Shown one piece after another: positions 1 through 22,649 of a stretch of 64,000 nucleotides of DNA. The notes beneath the pieces were generated by a model that saw only the letters and a list, made by a program, of their open reading frames with translations, did no database searches and was not told the DNA's origin. The position numbers and the translations under genes were made by a program. This DNA is from the human T2T-CHM13v2.0 reference genome, Homo sapiens. Where the stretch lies: the NCBI RefSeq assembly GCF_009914755.1, contig NC_060943.1; one strand, given 5' to 3'. Within the stretch, counting starts at the first letter, position 1; every line of letters starts with the position of its first letter.

Positions 1-255
1 TATTGGAAGATTTAAGTATGTTTAGGACACGGGCATGTGAATTAGTTCTCTCAATTGTAAATTTTATGAAATCAATACAGAGGTCAAACATTTCTGATGA
101 AAATGTGCCCGAGCGGCGATGTTCTCTGTGAAATACTGGGTTCTGCAGCCTTTTACAAAAAAGGGAATATAAAATCACATCAATAGCTTTTTGCATTAAT
201 GACATATGGATATAATTTGATATGCTGGGTTAAATACTGTTAAAATTAGTTTCAA

Positions 256-553
256 GGCTGGGCACAGTGGCTCACACCTGTAATCTCAGCACTTTGGGAG
301 GCTGAGGCCTGTGGATCACCTGAGGTTGGGAGTTTGAGACAAGCCTGACCAACATGGAGAAACCCTGTCTCTACTAAATATACAAAATTAGCTGGGCATG
401 GTGGCACATACCTGAAATCCCAGCTACTTGGGAGGCTGAGGCAAAAGAATCACTTGAACCTGGAAGTCAGAGGTTGCGGTGAGCTGAGACTGTGCCACTG
501 CACTCTAGCCTGGGCAACAAGGGCGAAACTCCATCTCAAAAAAAAAAAAAAAA
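256..553 (+). mobile_element. Alu (S-type)
   Basis: Dimeric Alu with A tail; TSD aaaattagtttca. Confidence 0.95.
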
Positions 554-929
554 TTAGTTTCACTTGCTTCCTTTTACTTTTTAATGTGGCTACTGGAAAA
601 TTTCAGTTTGTGGCTTGAATAATTTCCACTAGACAGTGTTTTAGGGTTTGACCAGTAGTCTACTTCAGAATGACCAGAGGAATTAGATCATTAGAGAAAT
701 ATCAGTCAAGGGAGGGAGAAGCCATGTTATATGAAATATCAATGTAGAAATTGAAATCAAAAGGCAGGAATAATGTTGGTGAAAGAAACAAACCACGTGC
801 TAAAAAAATTGAGGAATGAGTGACATCAAAAGGTAGGAGCAGGTAGTGTTATTGAAGGGGCACCTCTATCCACCAACACCCAGGCATTCCCCTCACATGC
901 ACTGAGCTTTCAGCCGAGCAACAACTCAC

Positions 930-1097
930 CTCAGATGACTTATTTGGCATGTGGGCTCGTGCAGGATGTCATGCAGAAGTGAAAACATATTTAGGGAAAT
1001 GGACGTACAGTTGATACTCAGGTATGTCAGGCTCCGATTACGAGCCAAAGCCTTGAGTAAGTCTTCAAAACCAGAAGCAGTCGAGACATAGGACAAC
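930..1097 (-). CDS. NLRP11: NLRP11 LRR exon (168 nt)
   Basis: LSYVSTASGFEDLLKALARNRSLTYLSINC...TCQISHL. Acceptor ttccacag|G, donor AG|GTGAGT, phase 2-2. Confidence 0.93.
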
Positions 1098-1512
1098 CTG
1101 TGGAAGACATAATAGCAGGAAAGCACTAGTGAAGGTCTGAACATCTTCTCCACAATTTCTCCTGCCTGCCTCACTTCATCCTGTAACAAAGATTCTCAGT
1201 GGATTACATCCTCACACATGGCTCTCGATCTTAAATTTCTAGTCAGGTCAGAAGACTATTGCTAATTCCAAGGTCAGCCTGTTGACTTTGAAGTAATCCC
1301 CTGGGTCTTTATGGTGTGTTCACCTCATGACCTTTCTTAAGTGGGACCCACAAGCCGGATACTAAGAATACATCCACATGCACAAAGATATTAAGATACA
1401 TCCACATGCACAAGTTTAACCATGTTTTTCTACACTGAGAGCAAAAGACAAAATATGCTGATGGCTGATAATAGCCACACAATCAACCACATGTAAATTA
1501 CTCCGTTTCAGC

Positions 1513-6555
<5,043 letters not shown>

Positions 6556-7211
6556 TAAAGTTAACTCCTGGGCTTCCAGAATCCTAAGATCATATATGTT
6601 GATGTGTACTGAATATTTTAGTGCCATTTCCTATAGAGCTATTATAAACTCAGATAAATACTAATTTTCCCAGTGACTGTTTAGGCAAGTACAGCTGCTT
6701 TTCACCTGATTCTAACGCATTCTGTAGGAAAGAAACTGTTAGACTCCTACCCTGACCCATTTTTGCTTTCTTCCTTAGGATAAACCCACTTGTTACTATT
6801 TCTTCCTGATTCCAAGAGACTACTTTCCCAGTCCCCCTTTGTAGTTATATGAAGCCGTATGAAGACAAGGTAAACAGGCCAATGAGATGCAAGCAGAAGT
6901 GATACAAGAAAGAGTTTTGAAAAGACTCCATCAAGGAAGCTCCTGAAGCTTCTAGATAAACCTTTCCTTCTCCCTTCTGTTGCTTCCTGCCTTGAAGGCA
7001 GCCATGATGGCTGGGACCTCAGATGCTACTGTGGCCTAAGGTCATCTTTATCATAGACACACTAAAGATGGTTGAGAAGTACAGAAGGAGCCTAGGCCCT
7101 GATGAGCCTGACCTGAAAGTGTGTTTTGTATATTGTCTTCTCCCAGAGAAAGAAAAAGACCACCGTTATTCCTAGGGGAACCTCTAAGGCAGAGGTTGAT
7201 ATAGTACTTAC

Positions 7212-7373
7212 TTGAGTGTGCGAAGTTTACAGCTAGAATGCTCCAGGGCTTTAGACAGAATCCTTTCTGAAATACCATTAAGGTCATTGTCAAAGATATG
7301 CAGCTCCCGGAGGCTCTCCATTGTATAAAAAAGAGAGCAGATCTCTCTCCAGTAGACAAGGCTCTTCATTTGA
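7212..7373 (-). CDS. NLRP11: NLRP11 LRR exon (162 nt)
   Basis: QMKSLVYWREICSLFYTMESLRELHIFDNDL...SCKLRTLK. Acceptor tatgtag|T, donor AA|GTAAGT, phase 2-2. Same length as the paralogous NLRP4 exon. Confidence 0.93.
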
Positions 7374-7747
7374 CTACATAGAAGAAAAATTGAGTTTTCC
7401 AATGGAATCGATTCAACTCCAGCAATTTGTAAAACATGTAAATTAAAGTATGTTTTGAGAGTGCCTGTTGTCTGACTCAGATTTAATACCATGCAGCAAG
7501 AAATAAAGTAGGGTCAAGCATGAATGAACAACACTCAGATCCATTAAAGTAGCTGGTGATTCCATATTCTGATAAGACACATCTGAGTGCAGGGCCTTTA
7601 AATGCGAGATTATTAAATATTTTTAAACTTCAATATTAAAAATCAATGTTGCATGTTTTGTGCTATCATGAATACTCCTATAATGTAACAATACAAGGTT
7701 TATTTCTTTTTAATCTATACAACAGATCTGAAGAAATTAGGTTAAAC

Positions 7748-7950
7748 CACTGGTTTGCAATGAGGCAATTCTGCCGCTAAGCAGACATGTGGTGATGTAT
7801 AAGATTTTTGTTGCTGTCACAAACGGGGAAAAGGGGACCCTACTGGCCACAGGAGAGACCAGAGATACTGCTAAACCTCTTACAATGTGCAAGATAGACC
7901 CCCACCACAAAGAATAGCTGGCCCAAAACTTCAACAGTGCTGAGGTTTAA
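7748..7950 (+). mobile_element. MER20 hAT element
   Basis: ctgctaaac...acaatgtgcaagatag.cccccaccacaaagaat...gcccaaaa...agtgctgaggtt. Confidence 0.75.
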
Positions 7951-8127
7951 CTCAAACTTTGAGTTTAAACAGAAGCAGAGAGATTTAAGTCACTGGTCTA
8001 ATTAGAAGCTAGATTGGAAGTCAAGTTCTTCATGGCCCCGAGTTTGTCTTGTTCTGGTCAACAAGCTCTAGAATTATGGGCAGGTCTTAGGAAGACAGGA
8101 AAGAGGATTTATTTTTTAAAGACTCAC

Positions 8128-9697
8128 CTAGCAGTTGGCCTTATAAGTGGCTCTTTGTTTTGAAAGATGCGCTGAACACTCAACTTAAGTGTCCTCAGGT
8201 GACAGCAGTAATCCAGACAGTATAATGAGACCATCATATCCTTGTCTGATTGAAGGTAAACTGTAACCTCCATGAGAGCATCCACAATCGTCTTCACAAA
8301 TTCTTCTTCCCGATTCTCATAGAGACAGTAAAACAAAGGCATATGGTGCGTCAACTTTTCCGGGTCACGGTCCAAATGTTTCATGTATCCCACCGAGTAC
8401 CACTTGAAGCTGTCTACCATCGGTAGCTGGTATCCAAAGGATGTCTCAAGAATCTTTCTCCTGTTTGCATTTAGAAGACCAAAAATGAAAGTAAACACTT
8501 GATTAAAGTCAGAGTATTGTTCTCTCTTCTCTTTATACTCTCTGCTGCCTGAGGGGATCAGATAGTTGGGTACTGCCATCAGAAATGCAATGGCTGTACA
8601 AAACTCCTGGACGTTCAAGTGTATGAACTTGTAACGGTCTTTATGAGTGTTGCTCGGCAAAAGAATATTCGCGGCCTGCAACACAGAGACATCAGCCTCA
8701 GTAAACCCAACACATCTGAGGTCTTCACCACTGAAATTCAGGGTGCTCAGAAACAGTCCTCCTGCAGCCAGCAAACACAGACGTTTTAGGAGACCTAGGT
8801 GATACTGATTGGCAGTAAGTCCAGCCTCTGATGTCAACGCATCAGCAAGAAAGTGGGCATGTAGATCAGTGGGTGTTTGGCAGCAGAGCTGGAAGTCACG
8901 CCCCTTGTCCATCTGCCGCTTCAGGACAGTACACGTGATCCAGCATAAGATGGCGACTCGGCACAGACCCACGAGTATTTCATCCTCATGTACAAGCTGG
9001 AGGGCTGCCGACGCCCTCTGGCGGTCTTTAAAGAAAGAGTTAAAATATATCTCCCTCTTCCCATTCGACAGCTGCAAGGTCGTGCAGCAATCTACCTCTT
9101 TCAAGAACGTTTTTACATTATTCCCACGTGTGGGCCTTGAGGAGATGAGGAACCAGCAGCCTGGAGCCATTTTTCTCTTCAGCAAACTGACCAGGAGAAC
9201 TGGAATGGGAACTTTCTGGGTGCTGTTACTACACAAAGCACTTTCATTGACATTTAACTCGAATCTTATGTTGTCCAAGTCCTCGAGAATGAAAAGGAGT
9301 TTCTTGGGATCAGACAGGATGTCTGCAATGGGAGCCTGGCCGTCAGGCCAGTCCTTGGCGATTAGCTCAGCCAAGCTGCTGTTGGTCATCTGGTTTATTT
9401 CGTGAGAAGTGAGGTGAACGACGTACGAGATCATGTTCTGCCACATCTCACCCTTGATCCACCTCAACACAGCCAGATTTATAACAATAGTTTTTCCAGA
9501 TGCTCTCTCTCCCATCAGGAACACATTGAGATTGTTTGCTGAATAATAGCTGGTAGAATCATAGGCTAATTGAAGTATGTAGAACACATCTGACGAAACG
9601 TCACGAAAAAATTTATAATGAAATTTTCCAAAAGTGTGACTTTCCCATTGCAGCATGAATTTTCTCCTCATGACAGCTTTGCATGCCTCCTGATTGC
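8128..9697 (-). CDS. NLRP11: NLRP11 NACHT/HD1/WHD/HD2 exon
   Basis: Lies within ORF 8124-9734. Walker A GERASGKT, Walker-B region LLFILEDLDNI, WHD motif FIHLNVQEF. Acceptor tag|GCAATCAG, donor AG|GTGAGT. 1570 nt, phase 1 to 2. Confidence 0.96.
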
Positions 9698-9865
9698 CTA
9701 ATCCAGCGAGTACAGGGCAGAAAATACAGAACAAAGATGAAAGTTCAAGATGTAAAAACAGTTTTAGCTTCTTTTCATGTTTACAGTAAAAATATAGTAG
9801 AAATTTTTACTTACTACTGCTTATCACAAAGATATAGGTACAAAGATATTTACCATCATGTTGCT

Positions 9866-14943
<5,078 letters not shown>

Positions 14944-15939
14944 TTAACAGGTTAACATTTCTCCAAACATATTCAGTGCCAGAAGACACAGAAGGAATTT
15001 ATACAATATTAAAAAGGAGTGGCTGGAGAGTATTACGTCCAGTAAAGTTCCCATTTGTGTATAAAGACATGCAAAGAGTTTTAGACATAAAATTAAGGAG
15101 TTCACTAAGGAATTCACTCATGAATCCTTCTCAGAGGCAGAGATGGAGGAAGCAACAATGAAGTCCAGTTAACTAAGGCAATGAAATGAATTATTCATCA
15201 CATCAGGGACAGGGGTATGTGATAAGCCAGGTATAGCTTTAAATATAGAAGAAGCCTAAACAAAAAGATACTTGTGATTGCCATCAATAGTCGAGGTTAT
15301 GAGCCTTGACTCCATAAAGTATATATAAGCCATGGGTTGGAGGAGAATAGCAAAGGAAGGCCAGAAGCCTGTGAGTCATAACGATGAGTGAAGACATGCT
15401 ATACTATTTAATTGGGAAGATACGAGTTTAACCAAGTAAATATTGTATAAAAGTTGTCTTCAATATTAGAGGAATTTGAGGACCAAACTACTTCTTCATT
15501 CTAAAGAAGATCTACTGTTCACCTATAAGACACATAGACTGAAAATAAGAGGGAGATATTCCATGCCATTGGAAGCCAAAGAAGAGGAGTAGCTATGCTT
15601 ATATCAGACAAAACAGATTCCATGACAAAAACTATAATGAGACACAAAGAAGGTCATTATGTAATACAGGGGTTGATCTAGCAAGAGGATGTGACAATTG
15701 TAAATATATATGCATCCAACACTGGAGTCCTCAGTTTAGCTCTAATAATTGCTTTATGTAAGAGAGACTCTAACACAATTACAGCTGTAGACTTCAACAT
15801 CCCATTTTAGTGTGGTATTCATGATCTTGGTAAGTTCTCTTAACCCCTCAGGTATTCAGGTTTTCAATTGGAATACATGATTTTATCTATTTTAGAGATG
15901 TTCGGGAGGGACTAAATGAGCCAATGATGACGACCTGCA

Positions 15940-16092
15940 TAGGAGTGTACCCAAAATGTTAACCCTCCATGACGCTTACACAGAGTCCCCTACATTTCTG
16001 TAGCTGGGTCTTATGGTAGGAGCGTACCCGGTTGTTAACCCTCCATGATCTTTACACAGAGCCCCTACTTTTCTGTAGCTGGATCTTATGGT
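15940..16092. repeat. Diverged ~77-bp tandem duplication
   Basis: taggagYgtaccc...tgttaaccctccatga...ttctgtagctggRtcttatggt, twice. Confidence 0.88.
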
Positions 16093-16329
16093 TCTAGGAC
16101 AGAGCTCTCTGCTGGGAAATCTGCTCTAGCTCAAGTACTTTCTTTGAGTCTAATCCTTTGGCTGGCTACTTTCATATAAGCTGGTTTGCATAATAACAGA
16201 AAATAAAGGTAGGATCATAAAGCCACAAAATAGAACATGACCCATATCCAATCTATCCCTGGTCCTCATGTGATGTCCAGTTCTGAAGACTGGTTCTTTG
16301 GGGATGGAAAAGTCATGTATCAAAACCAC

Positions 16330-17197
16330 CAAGCTAAACAATTCCATCAACAAGTGGACTAAGGACACAAATAGATGCTTCTCAAAAGAAGATACACAAA
16401 TGGCCAGTATCTGATAGTCCTTGAAAAAATGAATATGAAAAAAATGCTCAACATCGCTAATGACCAGGGAAATGCAAATCAAAACCACAATGCAATCCCA
16501 CCTTACTCCTGCAAGAATGGCCATGATAAAAAAAAATTTAAAAAATAGATGTTGGTATGGATGTGGTAAAAAGGGAACACTTTTACACTGCTGGTGGGAA
16601 TGTAAACCACTATGAAAACCAGTGTGACTATTCCTTAAAGAACTAAAAGTAGAACGACCATTTGATCCAGCAATCCCACTACTGTGTATCTACCCAGAGG
16701 AAAACAAGTCATTATACAAAAACACATGCACACACATTTATAGTGGCACAATTCGCAATTGCAAAAATATGGAACCAGCCCAAATGCCCATCAATCAACA
16801 AGTGGATAAAGAAATTATGAACACACACACACACACACAAATACTACTCAGTCATAAAGAGAAGCGAAATAATAGCATTTGCAGCAAGCTGGATGGGATT
16901 AGAGACCATTATTCTAAGTGAAGTAACTCGGGAGTGGAAAACCAAACATTGTATTTTCTCTTAAGTGGGAGCTAAGCTATGAGGATGCAAAGGCATAAGA
17001 ATGATACATTGGACTACAGGGACTCGGCGGGAAGTGTGAGAGGGAGGTGAGGGATAAACGACTACACACTGGGTACAGTGTGCACTGCTCAGACGGTGGG
17101 GATGCCAAAGTTTTAGAAATCACCACTAAAGAACTTACTCATGTACTCAAATACCACCTGCTTCCCAGAAACCTATTTAGAAAAAAAAAAAAAAAAG
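16330..17197 (+). mobile_element. L1 3'-end fragment (L1PB/MA-like)
   Basis: Motifs aaatgcaaatcaaaaccacaatg and gatccagcaatcccact; poly-A at 17180-17197. Confidence 0.8.
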
Positions 17198-17262
17198 GCC
17201 CAACACCCAGCTTCCTGTGAAGTGCCCTGATTTCTGCCCACCCTTCTCGTGACCCCACTCAC

Positions 17263-17533
17263 GGTTTCGTCTGCCAATGATCTTCCTACAAAGATCTTCC
17301 TTACGCATCATTGAAAATATGCTGAAGAGCATATTCCATATATACTGTCCCTCATAAGAGATTGGCAACACGTTAGCCAGTTCTTCTTTTGTCATCTGTA
17401 TCAGTGGAAACTGTGGCAGTTTGAAATCAAGAATCTTGCGTGCCAGATACTTCTTAAAACTCTGAAATTCCTTGTCACTGAGATTCTCTAGATACCACAG
17501 CAGGTCAAAGTCAGTAGAATCCGATTCTGCCAT
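17263..17533 (-). CDS. NLRP11: NLRP11 first coding exon, pyrin (PYD) domain; the exon begins at 17595 with 62 nt of 5'UTR
   Basis: Translates MAESDSTDFDLLWYLENLSDKEFQSFKKYL...EDLCRKIIGRRN, a PYD pattern. Acceptor tttttag|ATCTC at 17595, donor C|GTGAGT after 17263. 271 coding nt, phase 1, matching the next exon. Confidence 0.95.
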
Positions 17534-18483
17534 CTTGCTTCTCCAGGGAAGGCAGACTTCAGAGAAGGGATTTTGAGGCACAAGAAATATGAGATCTAAA
17601 AATAGATGTGGAATCAGACAATCAAACCACACAGTAATGCCAATTCATCCAAAGCTAACATCCTAGACAATTCCTGTGGTGTGATAGAAGCTCCTTTCTG
17701 ATAGGCCATCAACGATAAGTCTGAACTCTTTCTGTCTGGGTCAATGGCCTTGTCGACTGATCTTGGCAAATTTCTAGGTTCTGTTAAGGTGGAACATCAG
17801 TTGTGTTAAAAGGCAACATTCTTATGGTAAAAGTTATCCCTGATTAGCAAATAGCATATAGGTTGAGAATTGAGTATCATACAGAAACTTTGGAGGGGAG
17901 TGTTTCTTTTGAAATTGTCAACCCTATGCAGATTGGAAATCTAGACTTGTGGTCTCTTACAAGATATGCTGTTGTATATGAAACTCCTCTATGTTAGAAT
18001 AATCTGTATAGCAATTGGCTGTATTTACAATGATTATACTCCTTGGAGGTATGTCATTGATACGTATAAGGACTCCTAATGAAGAGGCAACTGTTATAAT
18101 AAGCAAACAGGCTGTTTGTGGTCTTGTATGCTGCTGAAAAGAAATCTAAGTTATGATGTACTCTGTTCTGTCTTGTTAGTATATAAATGAGCCAAAGACA
18201 GCCCCTAGGTTATTTTTTCACTCTAGGCTGAAATCTGTTAGCGCATAAAGCCCACTGGCTTCAGACTCAAGTTTTTTATACAACCAATTGTTTTAAACAC
18301 AGCCCAAATAAGCAGATGTTTAGCCATGTAGAGCCTGCCCGCTTTGCATACCTCGCAGAACTGCTCCCAACATCTGCCAGCAATAGGTAAGTCCCCAGGG
18401 TCAAGATGACTGCAAGGTGCTACTGCCCTTTGGAGCTCTCGGACCCAGGAGATCTTCCTCCCCACTGTACTGAGTGGTATCGC

Positions 18484-18485
<2 letters not shown>

Positions 18486-18538
<53 letters not shown>
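18486..18538. repeat. (CA)n microsatellite; others at ~11330-11359, 20541-20593 and 39660-39722
   Basis: Read directly from the sequence. Confidence 0.97.
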
Positions 18539-18544
<6 letters not shown>

Positions 18545-20194
18545 GCCTCTTCAATTCTACCCCACCTCTGCAGGGGTTCCCCATCTTCCTGTCCTCCTGA
18601 GTAGGGACCCACACACTGTAGCCCCTGGCCAGGCTCCTGCTGTAAGAGACATGCCCCACACACAAACCTGTGAAAATGCCACCCAAAAAAGCATGTGTGC
18701 AACTGCCACCCCTTGGTTATCTTTTCCCTTGACCAATTTCTAAACCCCGTGAGCCTCCCACACCTGTCAGTTTCAATGTCAGTCTAATCCTGGTATCATT
18801 ACACTCCGTCACGAGAAGTTGAGATTGCCGAGTTGTGACTAAAGAATCCATTCCAGAGCCTTGACCCAACACAGTCAAGGCTCTCAGAGTTTATGACAAA
18901 GGTAGAGAAAGAAGATCTGATCAGATATGAGTGGATGTGGATTGGCTAACATCTCCATGGTTTTACAGCAAATGCTTCGACACAGAGAACAAGGGATAAA
19001 TAGTCCCTTTGGGGGCGAAAAAGAAAGTTGGAGAATGGCAGGTATCTGCTTGAGGCTAGACTGCTCGATCTCTAACCATGAAATAAACCTAACTAGATAC
19101 TCAACCGTAACTAGGTTGTTGGGCGTAAAGAAACCGCCAGTGAAGCTGATAAGATGCACCAAATACAAGACAGAGTCACTGGTATTGTAGACACACTCAA
19201 CAGTGATGCCTACCTGAAGGGAAGAAGTAGGCACATTAAGCTTGCAGACCTCATATACCAGGTACTATGTTAGAAGATAGAGCCACTGGGTTGGATCTGA
19301 CTCCATCGTGGCCATGAAGTACATGGAAAGATACTCATGATCCCCCAATAAAGGGGTAAAAAAATGGGCATACTGACATGCACCTATGGTACCTGAGTTT
19401 TGCAGCATTGCTATGCCAATCCCCAGTGCCCAACAAGGTAAGAACTATGACACCCTCTTCCAGAACATTTTCATTTGCCCTAAAGGAGGACCTGCAACTA
19501 GTAAGCAGTCACTCCCTGTTTCCCTCTCCTCCCCTAAAGGAGCCTTTAAATGCATGGTTGAGCTGGCAGAAAAAACAATAAGGAAGTCACTGAGTTTCAG
19601 AAGGCACGCATGCACCCAGGGAGTCGCTTTCATGTTAGGTCAGGTGAAGTCGAGCAAACTTTGGCAGCCTAGAGCTCAGTTTTAGGAAATCATATACAAT
19701 TTTAGGGCAAAGGAGAAGACAAACCCTGGGGCACATTGAGGTGGGAGGACAGATGAAAGGCCACCAGTCAGTGGCAGGGGATAGACAAATGAGAAGGTTA
19801 ACTAGAAAATCCCACTGAACAGAGGGTGGTGGAATTCTTACTCTGCTCAGTATCGGGTCTGAGGAGGAAAGGGGAAGCAATCGCACCCTTTGAGTTCCTA
19901 AACCTAAGCTGGACTTCGGAGAGTAATCATCCCACAGCTTTTCGTCTCATGTATATTTTTGTATTCTGGACCTAAATGCACAAACATGCTAAGAAATCTT
20001 TCGAAAACTTAGTTTTTCAAAAATGTCTTAATCTCTCTTAACTCAGAAAAAAAGTCATTACCTGAATAAAATGGAATGTGAAGCCATAAAGATTGGTTTC
20101 TAGGTCTATATTTGCTGGACCTACAAAGATATTTATAATATACTATTGAGATAAAAAGCAGTGAATGGGACTGGTACCCTGACTTATGTACATA

Positions 20195-20558
20195 CAGGTG
20201 TCGTGTTGGCTGAAGCCAGGATTTCAGGGTGTACAGAAGAGAGTTAACATGACACGTCCGAAACTGCCATCTTTAGGATCTGCCTGCTACATTGGCCGTT
20301 GGCTAGCATCTGGAACCTGGATGTGGAAGGCACCCCCCACCCACATTCCCAGAGCTGATAAGAGTGGCTCACATGCCTTTATGGCTTGTACAGACAACAT
20401 GGCTTATGCTGAAGCTTTGCTGTCCTTCTGGGAGCCTGGAAGCTTGCAATTTCCTTCCATCTAAGCAGTGAGCCAATTTTCTCGGCACTGTTTAATGCAT
20501 ATTTTGGAATATGCTAGGGAGAGGATGCCTATGTGACCAGCTCTCTCTCTCTCTCTCA

Positions 20559-20593
<35 letters not shown>

Positions 20594-20878
20594 CCCCAAG
20601 CACTGAGTTTGTAATGATCTTCCACAGCAGCCAATACCTCGTGTGTGTTTTTTATCACTTGCTGCTGGGGGAATTCCACATGTCCTGGGTGACTCTGCCG
20701 GGAGAGGACACTCGGGAGCCTGGTTTCCTCTGGATTTTGTCCCATGTGCCTCTTTGCTTTGCCGATTCTGCTTTGTAGCCCTCACTGTAATAAGTCACAG
20801 CTGTGAACAGGACTGTGCCCAGTCCCAAGTCATCCCACCTAACCCAACTAGGGGATGGCATTCAACACCTGACACACA
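20195..20878 (+). mobile_element. ERV LTR (MER68/MER77-like, family uncertain) with internal (CT)n(CA)n
   Basis: gctgggggaatt...gggagaggac...cctggtttcctc...gtaataa...gacaca LTR 3' pattern. Confidence 0.55.
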
Positions 20879-20952
20879 GGGTAACAGGAAATAGCCTCAC
20901 AACATTGAATGACGTCCTCCTAAACTCACCATCTCTTACCTTGCAGCAGGCA

Positions 20953-21151
20953 AACCCATTAACATTGTTAGTGATGGGAGAACCCATTAACATTGTTAGT
21001 GATGGGAGAACCCATTACCATTGTTAGTGATGGGAGAACCCATTAACATTGTTAGTGATGGGAGAACCCATTAACATTGTTAGTGATGGGAGAACCCATT
21101 AACATTGTTAGTGATGGGAGAACCCATTAACATTGTTAGTGATGGGAGAAC
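20953..21151. repeat. Minisatellite, 7 x 28 bp, AACCCATTAACATTGTTAGTGATGGGAG
   Basis: Units at 20953+28n, with one substitution in unit 3. Confidence 0.97.
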
Positions 21152-21320
21152 TGCTTTCAGGTCTAATTACTCCCTTAAATGGAAGTCTCCATCAGGGCAG
21201 GACCACTGTTTCTCTTTCTCCCCAGTGTTCTCAGCCTCTGTATCCATAATTGACACTTAGCATATTTGCCAAGAGGTCAGTTCTTTTCGTGCTCATATGG
21301 TTAACAAGATTGCCTTAGTC

Positions 21321-21678
<358 letters not shown>

Positions 21679-22649
21679 TTATGTCATGACTGAAGATGTC
21701 AAAGAAAAATTTTAGAACTGAGGCTTAGAATTTTATCAGACTGCAGGGAGGAGCCAAGATGGCCGAATAGGAACAGCTCCGGTCTACAGCTCCCAGCGTG
21801 AGCAACGCAGAAGACGGGTGATTTCCGCATTTCCATCTGAGGTACCGGGTTCATCTCACTAGGGAGTGCCAGACAGTGGGCGCAGGCCAGTGGGTGCACG
21901 CACCGTGCGCGAGCCGAAGCAGGGCGAGGCATTGCCTCACCTGGGAAGCGCGAGGGGTCAGGGAGTTCCCTTTCCGAGTCAAAGAAAGGGGTGACGGACG
22001 CACCTGGAAAATCGGGTCACTCCCACCCGAATACTGCGCTTTTCTGACTGGCTTAAAAAACGGCGCACCATGAGACTATATCCCACACCTGGCTCGGAGG
22101 GTCCTACGCCCACGGAGTCTCGCTGATTGCTAGCACAGCAGTCTGAGATCAAACTGCAAGGCGGCAGCTAGGCTGGGGGAGGGGCGCCCGCCATTGCCCA
22201 GGCTTGATTAGGTAAACAAAGCAGCCAGGAAGCTGGAACTGGGGGGAGCCCACCACAGCTCAAGGAGGCCTGCCTGCCTCTATAGGCTCCACCTCTGGGG
22301 GCAGGGCACAGACAAACAAAAAGACAGCAGTAACCTCTGCAGACTTAAATGTCCCTGTCTGACAGCTTTGAAGAGAGCAGTGGTTCTCCCAGCACGCAGC
22401 TGGAGATCTGAGAACCAGCAGACTGCCTCCTCAAGTGGGTCCCTGACCCCTGACCCCCAAGCAGCCTAACTGGGAGGCACCCCCCAGCAGGAGCACACTG
22501 ACACCTCACACGGCAGGGTATTCCAACAGACCTGCAGCTGAGGGTCCTGTCTGTTAGAAGGAAAACTAACAAACAGAAAGGACATCCACACCGAAAACCC
22601 ATCTGTACATCACCATCATCAAAGACCAAAAGTAGATAAAACCACAAAG

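Noticed and set aside
1363-1414. Short local duplications (also 45900-45950, 46690-46740, 30099-30133)
   Set aside because: Ordinary two-copy slippage events with no further structure.
8809-9405. 198-aa ORF antisense to the NLRP11 NACHT exon (similar ones at 57601-58135 against NLRP4)
   Set aside because: Shadow ORFs of real coding exons, with no independent signals.
20953-21151. CRISPR-like 28-bp palindromic repeats
   Set aside because: Units are contiguous with no unique spacers, there are no cas genes, and the context is a primate intron.
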